A stretch of 64,000 nucleotides of DNA from the IMG/VR virus record IMGVR_UViG_3300025413_001239; one strand, given 5' to 3'. Positions 10,029 to 17,681 of the stretch are shown here, piece by piece; the first letter of the stretch is position 1; the number at the start of each line of letters is the position of its first letter. The translations under genes and the position numbers were made by a program. The notes below the pieces were generated by a model. It worked only from the letters and a program-made list of their open reading frames with translations, was not told the origin of the DNA and did not search any database. The DNA is from a virus. Lineage: Duplodnaviria > Caudoviricetes.

Positions 10029-10089
10029 AGAATCAGTTCAGCAAATTAAACAATTTTTTTATCTGAAACAAAAAAACAAAATGATTCTG
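10029..10089 (+). ncRNA. CAGCAA-family RNA, copy B (Phe-like loop)
   Basis: AGAATCA-gtt-CAGCAA ... TGATTCT-G; T7/A7 stem with CTGAAAC loop. Confidence 0.6.
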
Positions 10090-10094
10090 AAATT

Positions 10095-10168
10095 TACGTC
10101 ATTGGTGTAATGAGCACGTGCCCCCACATGGGGGGGGTTTAGACCAGTATCAAATCTGGATGACGTAC
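10095..10168 (+). tRNA. atypical tRNA-like gene (possible CAT anticodon)
   Basis: TACGTCA/TGACGTA acceptor, CCAG-tatcaaat-CTGG T arm, C/G-rich anticodon arm lacking U33. Confidence 0.45.
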
Positions 10169-10170
10169 TT

Positions 10171-10207
10171 GCGAGGTGGAGCAGTAGTAGCTCGCTAGGC
10201 CCGTAAA
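10171..10207 (+). pseudogene. 5' half of an initiator-type tRNA
   Basis: GCGAGG-TG-GAGC-AGTAGTA-GCTC-G-CTAGG-CCCGTAA with no 3' half. Confidence 0.5.
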
Positions 10208-10213
10208 ATACAT

Positions 10214-10285
10214 TGCGCTGTAGAGAAGTAGTATCTCGCAAGCCTCATAAGCTTGAAATCATTGGTGCAAATCCAATCGGCGCAT
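10214..10285 (+). tRNA. tRNA-Met(CAT)
   Basis: TGCGCTG/CGGCGCA acceptor; CAAGC-CTCATAA-GCTTG; TGCAAAT T loop. Confidence 0.85.
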
Positions 10286-10290
10286 CATAT

Positions 10291-10376
10291 CGTGGGATGA
10301 TGTAACGGTAACATTTGTGGCTCATAACCACAGTAGGCTTATAACCCTTGTATCAGTTCGATTCTGGTTCCCGCAA
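10291..10376 (+). tRNA. initiator-like tRNA-Met(CAT) with extra anticodon-like hairpin
   Basis: C1:A72 mismatch; TGTGG-CTCATAA-CCACA; variable region GG-CTTATAA-CC. Confidence 0.8.
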
Positions 10377-10383
10377 CAAAAAA

Positions 10384-10437
10384 AGAATGAATTCCGCAAT
10401 TTAAATTTTTTATTTGGAAAAAAACAAACTCATTCTG
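10384..10437 (+). ncRNA. CAGCAA-family RNA, copy C (Pro-like loop)
   Basis: AGAATGA-att-CCGCAA ... TCATTCT-G; T/A stem with TTTGGAA loop. Confidence 0.6.
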
Positions 10438-10513
10438 AAAAAATTAAAAGATTTATCGAAAGATAAGTCTTTTTTTATTTGTATTATCCTTAAGAATTTC
10501 GTATATTTGCATT

Positions 10514-10693
10514 ATGGATATTAATAAAATTAATGGTAATGAAATCATAGACTTTTTAAATAGTCTTGATATGGATTCAGATAAAGAAGCTGGTGAATTT
10601 ATTGGTGTTACTGGTGGTGCAATACAATATGCATGTTTAAAATCTAAAAACAATAAATGTAAAAATTATATATTTAAATATGAAACAAAATAA
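10514..10693 (+). CDS. 59 aa NUMOD1-like HTH mini-protein or endonuclease remnant
   Basis: SDKEAGEFIG..GGAIQYAC...K.Y.FKY resembles NUMOD1. Confidence 0.45.
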   Translation: MDINKINGNEIIDFLNSLDMDSDKEAGEFIGVTGGAIQYACLKSKNNKCKNYIFKYETK

Positions 10694-11189
10694 TATAAGA
10701 CTCAATATTGTGGGTTCAGCTAGGCATGGGAAAGATACACTTGCTGAAATTCTTAACGAACACTTCGGACTTAAATTTATATCATCATCTCAAGCATGTG
10801 CCGATATATTCATTTACGATGCGTTAAAAGACAAGTATGGTTATAAGACACCAGAAGAATGCTTTGACGATAGGGTTAATCACAGGTCAGAATGGTATCA
10901 AATGATATGTGATTATAATAAAGATGACAAGGCTAAATTAGCGAAGGAGATTCTTAAGTATAATAATACATATGTTGGTATGAGAAACCACGATGAAATT
11001 GAAGAATGTCGTAAACAAGGCTTATTTGATTTAATTATCTGGGTGGATGCCAGTGAAAGACTTCCAAAAGAAGATTCAACATCTTTCAATATTACTAAGG
11101 CTGATGCTGATATTATAGTTGAAAACAATCAAGATTTAAAGACATTTAAAAATAAAATTGATAAATTAGGTAAATTATTGTTTAAATAA
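10680..11189 (+). CDS. P-loop nucleoside monophosphate kinase (dNMP kinase-like)
   Basis: GSARHGKDT Walker A; GMRN..E; IWVDAS; ADIIVEN. Confidence 0.7.
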   Translation: MKQNNIRLNIVGSARHGKDTLAEILNEHFGLKFISSSQACADIFIYDALKDKYGYKTPEECFDDRVNHRSEWYQMICDYNKDDKAKLAKEILKYNNTYVGMRNHDEIEECRKQGLFDLIIWVDASERLPKEDSTSFNITKADADIIVENNQDLKTFKNKIDKLGKLLFK

Positions 11190-11265
11190 ACTTTCTAATT
11201 TGTTAACAATAATATCGTATATTTGCATCAGAATAAACAAAAAGGGTCGTTAAAAAAAAAGTTTT

Positions 11266-11315
11266 AAAAAAACTTGACAAATTAAAAAACTTTTCGTATA
11301 TTTGCATATATTTAT
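11266..11315 (+). promoter_or_regulatory. conserved promoter of tRNA operon 1
   Basis: TTGACA (11274)-17 bp-TATATTTG (11297), followed by ATATTTATT. Confidence 0.85.
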
Positions 11316-11339
11316 TAATAACGAACAAAAATTATCACA

Positions 11340-11441
11340 ATGATAGCAAACATAAACAATATGATTAATTCGATAAATTGGAGACATAATAGTCGCTCAA
11401 TTAATCAAGTCATGCTATCTAGTGATGTTAATAAAATATAA
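11340..11441 (+). CDS. leader peptide 1, MIANINNMINSINWRHNSRSINQVMLSSDVNKI
   Basis: Manually translated 33 aa ORF between promoter and terminator; 27 of 33 residues match downstream tRNA identities. Confidence 0.8.
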   Translation: MIANINNMINSINWRHNSRSINQVMLSSDVNKI

Positions 11442-11462
11442 CAAATTAAATCACAAATAACG

Positions 11463-11500
11463 AAAAGCCTCTGACTCATACGAATCAGAGGTTTTTTTTT
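11463..11500 (+). terminator. attenuator terminator, tRNA operon 1
   Basis: GCCTCTGA/TCAGAGGT stem plus T9. Confidence 0.9.
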
Positions 11501-11504
11501 ACCC

Positions 11505-11678
11505 ATGTCAGAAGAAATACGATATAAGAAATTAGGTGTTGTAAAACAAAAAGACTTGGATGCTGATTTTGATTCGATATACGATAAGTATAAGAGTATT
11601 GCTTTAGAACTTGGTTTAACAGGTGATTTAAAGTTTGTAAAAGAAAAGGGTAAAGTAATAATTTACATAGCTATTTGA
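11505..11678 (+). CDS. 57 aa hypothetical protein, first gene after attenuator 1
   Basis: Manual translation MSEEIRYKKLGVVKQKDL...IYIAI*. Confidence 0.6.
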   Translation: MSEEIRYKKLGVVKQKDLDADFDSIYDKYKSIALELGLTGDLKFVKEKGKVIIYIAI

Positions 11679-11694
11679 CATTTAGGAAAAACAC

Positions 11695-11795
11695 ACGTAA
11701 ATGACCGAGTGGTCGAAGGTGGTAGGCTCCAACCCTACTGAGATATATAACATTTATGTTAGGTCTCCGCATAGGTTCAAATCCTATTTTACGTG
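11695..11795 (+). tRNA. tRNA-Trp(CCA) with long variable arm
   Basis: GTAGG-CTCCAAC-CCTAC; ATAGG-TTCAAAT-CCTAT; about 30 nt variable hairpin. Confidence 0.8.
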
Positions 11796-11805
11796 CAAAA
11801 TATAT

Positions 11806-11972
11806 TGGTAGGTGATGAAATTAGGAATTATATTCCGATGGCAGACATGCCCAATTGTCTCTTGGGTGGTGATAACGAGATAGATAAACAATACAGGGTT
11901 GACCACTAGCTTGCAAGCGTTAATGTTGTTTATTGAATCGCACCGTGGATGGTTCGAATCCTCCTCTACCAG
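11806..11972 (+). tRNA. giant tRNA-Asp(GTC)-like gene (167 nt)
   Basis: TGGTAGG/TCTACCA acceptor, G73; CCCAA-TTGTCTC-TTGGG; extra D-loop hairpin and about 77 nt variable hairpin. Confidence 0.65.
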
Positions 11973-12016
11973 CAATAGTTTACTTGGACAACGTTCTTAA
12001 AATCGGAGTCCGTCAT

Positions 12017-12099
12017 GGAGAGTGGCACCCAAGGTGGGTAACTAGACTTGAAATCTAGGCCAAGGTAAAAACTTGAGGTTTCGATTACTTCACCATCCG
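12017..12099 (+). tRNA. tRNA-Ser(TGA)
   Basis: CTAGA-CTTGAAA-TCTAG, long variable arm; two acceptor-stem mismatches. Confidence 0.7.
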
Positions 12100-12127
12100 C
12101 AATTTTGGTTGTTTTTTACTTTTTTTT

Positions 12128-12216
12128 GGAGAAATAAGGAGGGTAATGGTGGACCCCGTCCGTTTGCTAAACGGAAACCCATTAAGTTGGGCACGTTTCG
12201 ATTACGTATTTCTCCG
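12128..12216 (+). tRNA. tRNA-Ser(GCT)
   Basis: GGAGAAA/TTTCTCC; TCCGT-TTGCTAA-ACGGA; type II variable arm. Confidence 0.85.
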
Positions 12217-12219
12217 CTG

Positions 12220-12305
12220 GATATATTGGCAGAGTGGTTTAATGCAATTTGCGTGAAGCAAATGGTCCTTAAAGGGCCCACAGGTTCGAATCCTGTATAT
12301 TATCT
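12220..12305 (+). tRNA. type II tRNA, possibly Ser(TGA), atypical
   Basis: Good D, variable and T arms; loop CGTGAAG lacks U33; bulged acceptor. Confidence 0.5.
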
Positions 12306-12312
12306 CTAAATA

Positions 12313-12387
12313 TGGGTTTCGAAGCTTTAAGGTGAAGCGCAAGTTTGTGGCACTTGAGAACTCGGTTCGATACCGTGCGTTACCCCA
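12313..12387 (+). tRNA. tRNA-His(GTG)
   Basis: CAAGT-TTGTGGC-ACTTG; CGG-TTCGATA-CCG. Confidence 0.8.
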
Positions 12388-12419
12388 AAATTGTTTTAAG
12401 TAATTAACTGTTAAAAAAT

Positions 12420-12492
12420 GGGTAGTTAGTTCAACTGGTAGAGCACTGTTCTGATACGACAGCCGTTACAGATTCGACTTCTGTACTACCCA
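12420..12492 (+). tRNA. tRNA-Ile(GAT)
   Basis: GGGTAGT/ACTACCC; CTGTT-CTGATAC-GACAG. Confidence 0.85.
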
Positions 12493-12497
12493 CAAAT

Positions 12498-12570
12498 TGG
12501 TCTTTAGCTCAATTGGTAGAGCAAGATACTCATAATATCGAGGTAATGGGTTCGATTCCCGTAGGACCAA
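12498..12570 (+). tRNA. tRNA(CAT), elongator Met or lysidine-type Ile2
   Basis: TGGTCTT/AGGACCA; GATA-CTCATAA-TATC. Confidence 0.85.
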
Positions 12571-12594
12571 CATAATATTCTTCCATGGTGAAAT

Positions 12595-12666
12595 GGCTTG
12601 GTAGCTCAAAGGTGGAGCATTCGTTTGTTAAACGACAGGTTGAGATATCGTAATTCTCCCAAGCCG
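12595..12666 (+). tRNA. tRNA-Asn(GTT)
   Basis: GGCTTGG/CCAAGCC; TCGT-TTGTTAA-ACGA; non-canonical T loop. Confidence 0.8.
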
Positions 12667-12734
12667 CAAATTAACTTTTTTTGTTAATTATTTGACTTTT
12701 TGTTCGAACTGTGTATATTTATAATAAAGAATAT

Positions 12735-13481
12735 ATGAAAGAAAAAATATTAGAATTAAGGAAAAATGGGTTATCAATAAATGAAATAGTTGAAGAGTTA
12801 AAGTGTGCTAAAAGTACTGTTTCATACCATATAAATAAAAACGGTTTAGGTGGTATTAGAAATAGGTTCTTAAAAGGTGTTAGTGATGAAACGATAAATA
12901 AAATTAAAATTTTTAGATTAGAGTCTAAAACATATAATGAAATTTTAGAGTTAATTGACATAAGTGAGGATAAATTAAAAAAAATTTGTCGATTATTTGA
13001 GATAAATAATAGTACTGGTGGTTTTAAACTTAAAGATGTTGATAAAGATGAGGTTATAAAGTATTATTTATCTGTAAAATCAATACGAAAAACTGCTGAT
13101 TATTTTAATATTAGTAGAGACACAGTTAAAAAATATATACCTGACAATCTTATCTTAATTAAAGATAAAATAACCAAATCACAATCAGTTATTAATTGGC
13201 GTAAAAGAACAAAAATTAAATTAATTGATTATAAAGGTGGTTGTTGTGAAAAGTGTGGTTATAATAAATCTACATCAGCATTACAATTTCATCATTTAAA
13301 CCCTAAAGAAAAGGATTTTCAAATTGGTGGTTCAAGTTATTCATTTGAAAATCTAAAAAAAGAAGTTGATAAATGTATATTAGTATGTGCAAATTGTCAT
13401 ATCGAAATACATGAAGAATTAAGGATTTGTAGCTCAGAGGCAGAGCATTCGTTTGTTAAACGACAGGTCGAGATATCGTAA
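12735..13481 (+). mobile_element. HNH homing endonuclease with HTH domains; C-terminus reads through a duplicated tRNA-Asn
   Basis: CEKCGY...LQFHHLNP...CILVCANCHIEIH. Confidence 0.85.
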
Positions 13482-13495
13482 TTCTCCATTAGCGC
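13430..13495 (+). pseudogene. 5'-truncated duplicate of tRNA-Asn(GTT)
   Basis: GTAGCTC..GAGCATTCGTTTGTTAAACGACAGGTCGAGATATCGTAATTCTCC nearly identical to 12601-12660; acceptor 5' strand missing. Confidence 0.75.
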
Positions 13496-13499
13496 ACAT

Positions 13500-13569
13500 T
13501 GCGTAGGTTATCGGAATACAACCATCTCTCATAAGGAAGGTCAAGGCGGTTCAGCTCCGCTCTACGCAA
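13500..13569 (+). tRNA. tRNA(CAT)
   Basis: TGCGTAG/CTACGCA; CTCATAA loop; GCGG-TTCAGCT-CCGC. Confidence 0.7.
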
Positions 13570-13572
13570 CAT

Positions 13573-13645
13573 GGTTCCATAGTTCAATGGATTAGAACAG
13601 ATGATTACGAATCATCCGATAAGCGTTCGAGTCGCTTTGGGACTA
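13573..13645 (+). tRNA. tRNA-Arg(ACG)
   Basis: GATGA-TTACGAA-TCATC. Confidence 0.9.
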
Positions 13646-13646
13646 C

Positions 13647-13757
13647 AGTATAGTAAATGTGATATAAGAAGAACTAATATCAGGTGGAGTTAGTGTCCGT
13701 ACCACGTTAAAAAATTGTGATGATTATACAAGGTGTTGTCGAGTACACAACTATACT
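13647..13757 (+). ncRNA. cloverleaf-like RNA of unknown identity
   Basis: AGTATAGT/ACTATACT closing stem with four internal hairpins, including T-arm-like GTGT-tgtcgagt-ACAC. Confidence 0.45.
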
Positions 13758-13761
13758 ATTT

Positions 13762-13787
13762 GGTCTTGTCGTTCAATGGATTAGGAC
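13762..13787 (+). pseudogene. 5' half of disrupted ancestral tRNA-Arg
   Basis: GGTCTTG acceptor strand pairs with CGAGACC at 14474-14480. Confidence 0.75.
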
Positions 13788-13795
13788 TACTATAA

Positions 13796-13868
13796 GCTTC
13801 TATGGTGTAACTGGATAACACTTTTGCCTTCTAAGCAAACTTTCTGAGTTCGAATCTCGGTAGGAGCA
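13796..13868 (+). tRNA. tRNA-Arg(TCT)
   Basis: GCTTCTA/TAGGAGC; TTTGC-CTTCTAA-GCAAA. Confidence 0.9.
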
Positions 13869-13921
13869 CTAGTTAAATGGATATTTTTTTTCTTTTTCCA
13901 TTTAACGATATATTTATTAGT

Positions 13922-14458
13922 ATGGAAAAAGAATTTTTAATTGATTGTATTAATAAAGGGTTAAGTCTAAAAAAAATAAGTAAATTATGTGGTAAAGCAC
14001 CTAGTACAATAACATATTGGTTAAATAAATTTAATTTAAAAACTAATAATTTGTCGTTTAAAGTTAAAGGAAAAATTGATTATAATAATCAAAGATGTTG
14101 CCCAAAATGTAAAATTACTAAAGAATTAAATGAATTTTATAATAGACGTGATAAAATAGGTAGTTCAGTTTATTGTAAAACTTGTACCAATAAACAAGTT
14201 TTAGATAGACAACGGGAACTTAAGCAACAAGCTGTTGATTATAAAGGTGGGTATTGTATAATATGTGGTTATAATAAATGTAATGCGGCGTTAGAATTTC
14301 ATCATTTAGAACCAGATAAAAAAGATTTTAGCATTAGTCAATTAAAAAAATATGCCTTTACTGAAAATATAAAAAAAGAATTAGATAAATGTATTTTGTT
14401 ATGTTCTAATTGTCATAGAGAATTTCATTCTGGTATTTTAATTCTAAGCAAACTATAG
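13922..14458 (+). mobile_element. HNH homing endonuclease
   Basis: CPKC, CKTC, CIICGY..CNAALEFHHLEP...CILLCSNCHREFH. Confidence 0.85.
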
Positions 14459-14481
14459 CAGTTCGAATCTGCTCGAGACCA
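14442..14481 (+). pseudogene. 3' half of disrupted ancestral tRNA-Arg(TCT)
   Basis: TTCTAAGCAAACT (also at 13829-13841), AGCAG-TTCGAAT-CTGCT, CGAGACC-A. Confidence 0.75.
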
Positions 14482-14491
14482 CATTTTTTAT

Positions 14492-14579
14492 GGAGAGCAA
14501 ACCCTGACGGTGAGGGGGTCCGCCTGCTAAGCGTGAAGTTCGGCGAAAGCTGGATTCGGTTCAACTCCGATGTTCTCCG
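14492..14579 (+). tRNA. tRNA-Ser(GCT), second copy
   Basis: GGAGAGC/GTTCTCC; CTGCTAA loop; long variable arm. Confidence 0.8.
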
Positions 14580-14600
14580 CATTTTTCATTTGTTGTTTTT

Positions 14601-14624
14601 AAGGGTACTTCGGTACCCTTTTTT
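14601..14624 (+). terminator. end-of-operon terminator, tRNA operon 1
   Basis: AAGGGTAC-TTCG-GTACCCTTTTTT. Confidence 0.9.
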
Positions 14625-14647
14625 ATTTTATGGGATATTTATAAAAT

Positions 14648-15292
14648 ATGCAAAAAGCTAAATTTATACTTCACGAACAAATGAATCGTATTCATGAATT
14701 ATCTGGAAACAATATGGTTTCAGGTAAACATCTAGTTGTTGTTGATATTCAACCAGAATACGAACAATGGTGCAGTCACATTCTCCCAGAATTTGTTGAT
14801 TTTTTAAATGAAAACTATGAAACCCTTTCCAGATTAACTTTCCTATATAATGGTGATAGTCTTGGTATGGTTTCTGAGGGTAACTATCAAAATTGGTGGT
14901 TCGATAATGGCTTAAGTGAAGATGTAATTTACAGTTCAAGGTTTTATGATAAAGGCTACGCATTTTTTAGGTATTGTATTGATGAGGGTATAGATGATGA
15001 AACTATTGTTAACCTAATAAAGTACATGCTTGAAAAGGATGTATTTGATACTAGAGAATTAGATGAGGAATTCTGGGATGAGTATGTCGAAAGATATGGT
15101 GCTGCGCATATCAGAGAATTATTAGAATTTGCTGGGGACTCAATGAATATACCAGACCTTATGGATGAATTAAAAAATTATACAAACATAATATTATGTG
15201 GTGGTGGGATTGATGAGTGTCTTAAAGAGGTTGAAATAGCTCTTCAAGTACTTAACAAACACTATACTGTTTTAACAAAATATACATACTAA
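14648..15292 (+). CDS. isochorismatase/cysteine hydrolase-like protein
   Basis: LVVVDIQ and ILCGGGIDEC patterns. Confidence 0.45.
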   Translation: MQKAKFILHEQMNRIHELSGNNMVSGKHLVVVDIQPEYEQWCSHILPEFVDFLNENYETLSRLTFLYNGDSLGMVSEGNYQNWWFDNGLSEDVIYSSRFYDKGYAFFRYCIDEGIDDETIVNLIKYMLEKDVFDTRELDEEFWDEYVERYGAAHIRELLEFAGDSMNIPDLMDELKNYTNIILCGGGIDECLKEVEIALQVLNKHYTVLTKYTY

Positions 15293-15954
15293 TGAAAATT
15301 TTAAACATATTTAAAAAACTCATATTAGAAAATGAAATACCTCTTGATGAGGAGTATCCATTAAGTTGGAGTATCGAAGAATTTAAGAAGTTAAGAAATT
15401 TTAGTCAAAGGGTTAAGTATTGTGAAACGCATCTAAAGCGTATATCATCAGGTTCTGGTAGAATTGCTTATAAGATTGATGAAGAAAAGGTTCTTAAATT
15501 GGCTAAAAATGAAAAGGGTGTTTCACAGAATCAAGCTGAAATTCAACAATCTGATGATTATTACTTACAACCAATACTAGCAAATGTATTTGAATACGAT
15601 GAGAATGGGTTATGGGTTGAAATGGAACTAGCGAGAAAATTAACTGCTGGTGATTTTAAAAGACTTGTTGGTTTTAATTTTAAAGACTATGCAGAATTAT
15701 TACATAATCACGGTGTTGTAGCCAATCTTGGTCGTGGTTTTAAATACTCAATAGATAAAGAATTATCAGATGCTATGTGGGATAATGATTTTATATCTAG
15801 TATACTAGATTATATTGGTAGTTGGGGTGTTCCATCGGGTGATTTAGAACGTCTTAATACATATGGTATAGTTAAAAGAGATGGTAAGGATACTATTGTA
15901 ATTGTTGATTATGGCTTAACTGAAGAAGTTCTTAATAAACATTATAAAAGATAA
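15292..15954 (+). CDS. atypical protein kinase-like protein
   Basis: SSGSGRIAY loop, VLKLAK, GDL and IVDYG motifs. Confidence 0.55.
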   Translation: MKILNIFKKLILENEIPLDEEYPLSWSIEEFKKLRNFSQRVKYCETHLKRISSGSGRIAYKIDEEKVLKLAKNEKGVSQNQAEIQQSDDYYLQPILANVFEYDENGLWVEMELARKLTAGDFKRLVGFNFKDYAELLHNHGVVANLGRGFKYSIDKELSDAMWDNDFISSILDYIGSWGVPSGDLERLNTYGIVKRDGKDTIVIVDYGLTEEVLNKHYKR

Positions 15955-16003
15955 ATTTGTTTAATTAAAATTTATGTCATATATTTGCTTTTTAAAAACA
16001 ATT

Positions 16004-16321
16004 ATGGACATACATAAGAAAATTAAAGACTTTGAAGATAGTTTAAAAATCTTTGCACACAAATTGGCTGAGCAAGGTAAAGAAACTGAGGTCGCAGCTA
16101 AAATTCTTGAGAAACACATAAAGGGTATTGATGTTACACCTGAAGAAGATGTGTTATTAAAACAAAACATTTACGATACCTTAAAAATAGCTGGAATTGG
16201 TATACCATTTATGCTGATACCAGGTGCTAGTGTCATATTACCAGCGTTAATTATACTAGCGAAAAAAAACAATATTAATTTATTACCGTCAAAATTTATT
16301 GAAGATGAAAAAAGTAATTAA
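16004..16321 (+). CDS. hypothetical membrane-associated protein
   Basis: Hydrophobic IPFMLIPGASVILPALI segment. Confidence 0.65.
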   Translation: MDIHKKIKDFEDSLKIFAHKLAEQGKETEVAAKILEKHIKGIDVTPEEDVLLKQNIYDTLKIAGIGIPFMLIPGASVILPALIILAKKNNINLLPSKFIEDEKSN

Positions 16322-17237
16322 GCAAATCTTAAGAGAAAACACTGAGAAGAATATTTTAGGTATTACCGTAACAAGACCTAATCAAGAGTTGATTATTATG
16401 AGAGGAATCTCTGGTAGTGGTAAAAGCACAATGGCTAAATCATTAGTTAAGGGTGGTGTCATACATTCAACCGATGACTTAATAGAAGCAACTGGTGATT
16501 ATAATGGATTCTTTGCTAAAATGATAGAAGCAAATAACTTTGCTGATTTAAGTCGTATGCACTCTAATAACCTCAAGAATGCGATGAAATCTATGGATAA
16601 TGGTATAAGTCCAGTCATAATAGATAACACGAATTTAAGACCTAGTGAGGCTAAACCATACGTAATGTATGCGTTAGAGATAGGCTATGCTGATGATAAT
16701 ATTAAAATTGTTGATGTTGGTACTGGTGGGTTAAGTGCTGAAGCTTTAGCGGCTAGAAATTCTCATGGTGTTCCATTAGAGAATATTCAACGAATGATTA
16801 ATACTTATAATGGTGTCGGCCCTTTAACTCTCAATAAAATTATTGAGGCTAGTGACATGTATAAATCATCTAATGTTTTATATTCTTGTGTTTTATTAGA
16901 TGATAATTCACGTAATTTATTATTATTAACATTTGCCGATGTTATACCGAATGGATGGAAAACGATAGCACATCATATGACAATTGTTTTTGGTAAGGGT
17001 ATTGACGATAAAAATGAGTTGGGTAAAGAAGTTGTATTAACAGTTACAAACGTTGGATGGAATGATAAAGCAATAGCTGTTTTGGTTGATGGTTATCCAT
17101 CTAAAAATGCTAATCCACATATTACATTAGCTATTAATCCAGATGGTGGTAAACCTAAGGATTCTAATGAAATTACAGATTGGAAAAAAATTAGACCATT
17201 TAAAATAAATGGTGTTGTGACAGAAATTAAAAAATAA
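16305..17237 (+). CDS. polynucleotide kinase-like P-loop fused to 2H phosphoesterase (RNA end-healing)
   Basis: RGISGSGKST, STDD, IIDNTN; C-terminal HMT and HIT motifs. Confidence 0.8.
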   Translation: MKKVIKQILRENTEKNILGITVTRPNQELIIMRGISGSGKSTMAKSLVKGGVIHSTDDLIEATGDYNGFFAKMIEANNFADLSRMHSNNLKNAMKSMDNGISPVIIDNTNLRPSEAKPYVMYALEIGYADDNIKIVDVGTGGLSAEALAARNSHGVPLENIQRMINTYNGVGPLTLNKIIEASDMYKSSNVLYSCVLLDDNSRNLLLLTFADVIPNGWKTIAHHMTIVFGKGIDDKNELGKEVVLTVTNVGWNDKAIAVLVDGYPSKNANPHITLAINPDGGKPKDSNEITDWKKIRPFKINGVVTEIKK

Positions 17238-17283
17238 ATTTGTTTGTTTGGTTTCTATTCTGTATATTTGCAAAAAGTTTTTT

Positions 17284-17658
17284 ATGACAAAAGAAGAAAG
17301 AAGGCTTGACCTAAGCGGTAAGCTATTAAAAATGGGTGAGTCTTTAATATTAGAGGGTCGAGATTCTATGGATGGTTGTGTCATGGAAACTGGTAGTGCG
17401 TTAATTTTATTGGCTAATATCATTGAATCAGAAGATGATATGTTTGTTTTTGGTGAATTTGTATCTATGTTTTCAGCTAAGAAAGTATTAGAGGAAATGG
17501 AAAATAAGAAAAAACCTAATACAACTGAAGATTTACTAAAGGAAATTCTTGATTCATTTAAGAATGTCGGTAGTGATTTACCAAAAGAAACACCCAAAAA
17601 GACTCGTAGACCAAGAAAAAAAAGAAACGACAATGATGAACCAGAATCTGGTTCATAA
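17284..17658 (+). CDS. hypothetical protein
   Basis: ORF with basic tail behind a TATATTTG promoter. Confidence 0.7.
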   Translation: MTKEERRLDLSGKLLKMGESLILEGRDSMDGCVMETGSALILLANIIESEDDMFVFGEFVSMFSAKKVLEEMENKKKPNTTEDLLKEILDSFKNVGSDLPKETPKKTRRPRKKRNDNDEPESGS

Positions 17659-17681
17659 TTTTTAATATTAAAAAATAAAAT

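Noticed and set aside
11784-12309. ORF-track calls over tRNA genes (also 10059, 31516 start, 36157, 36298, 36784)
   Set aside because: Shadow frames overlapping well-formed tRNAs or leaders
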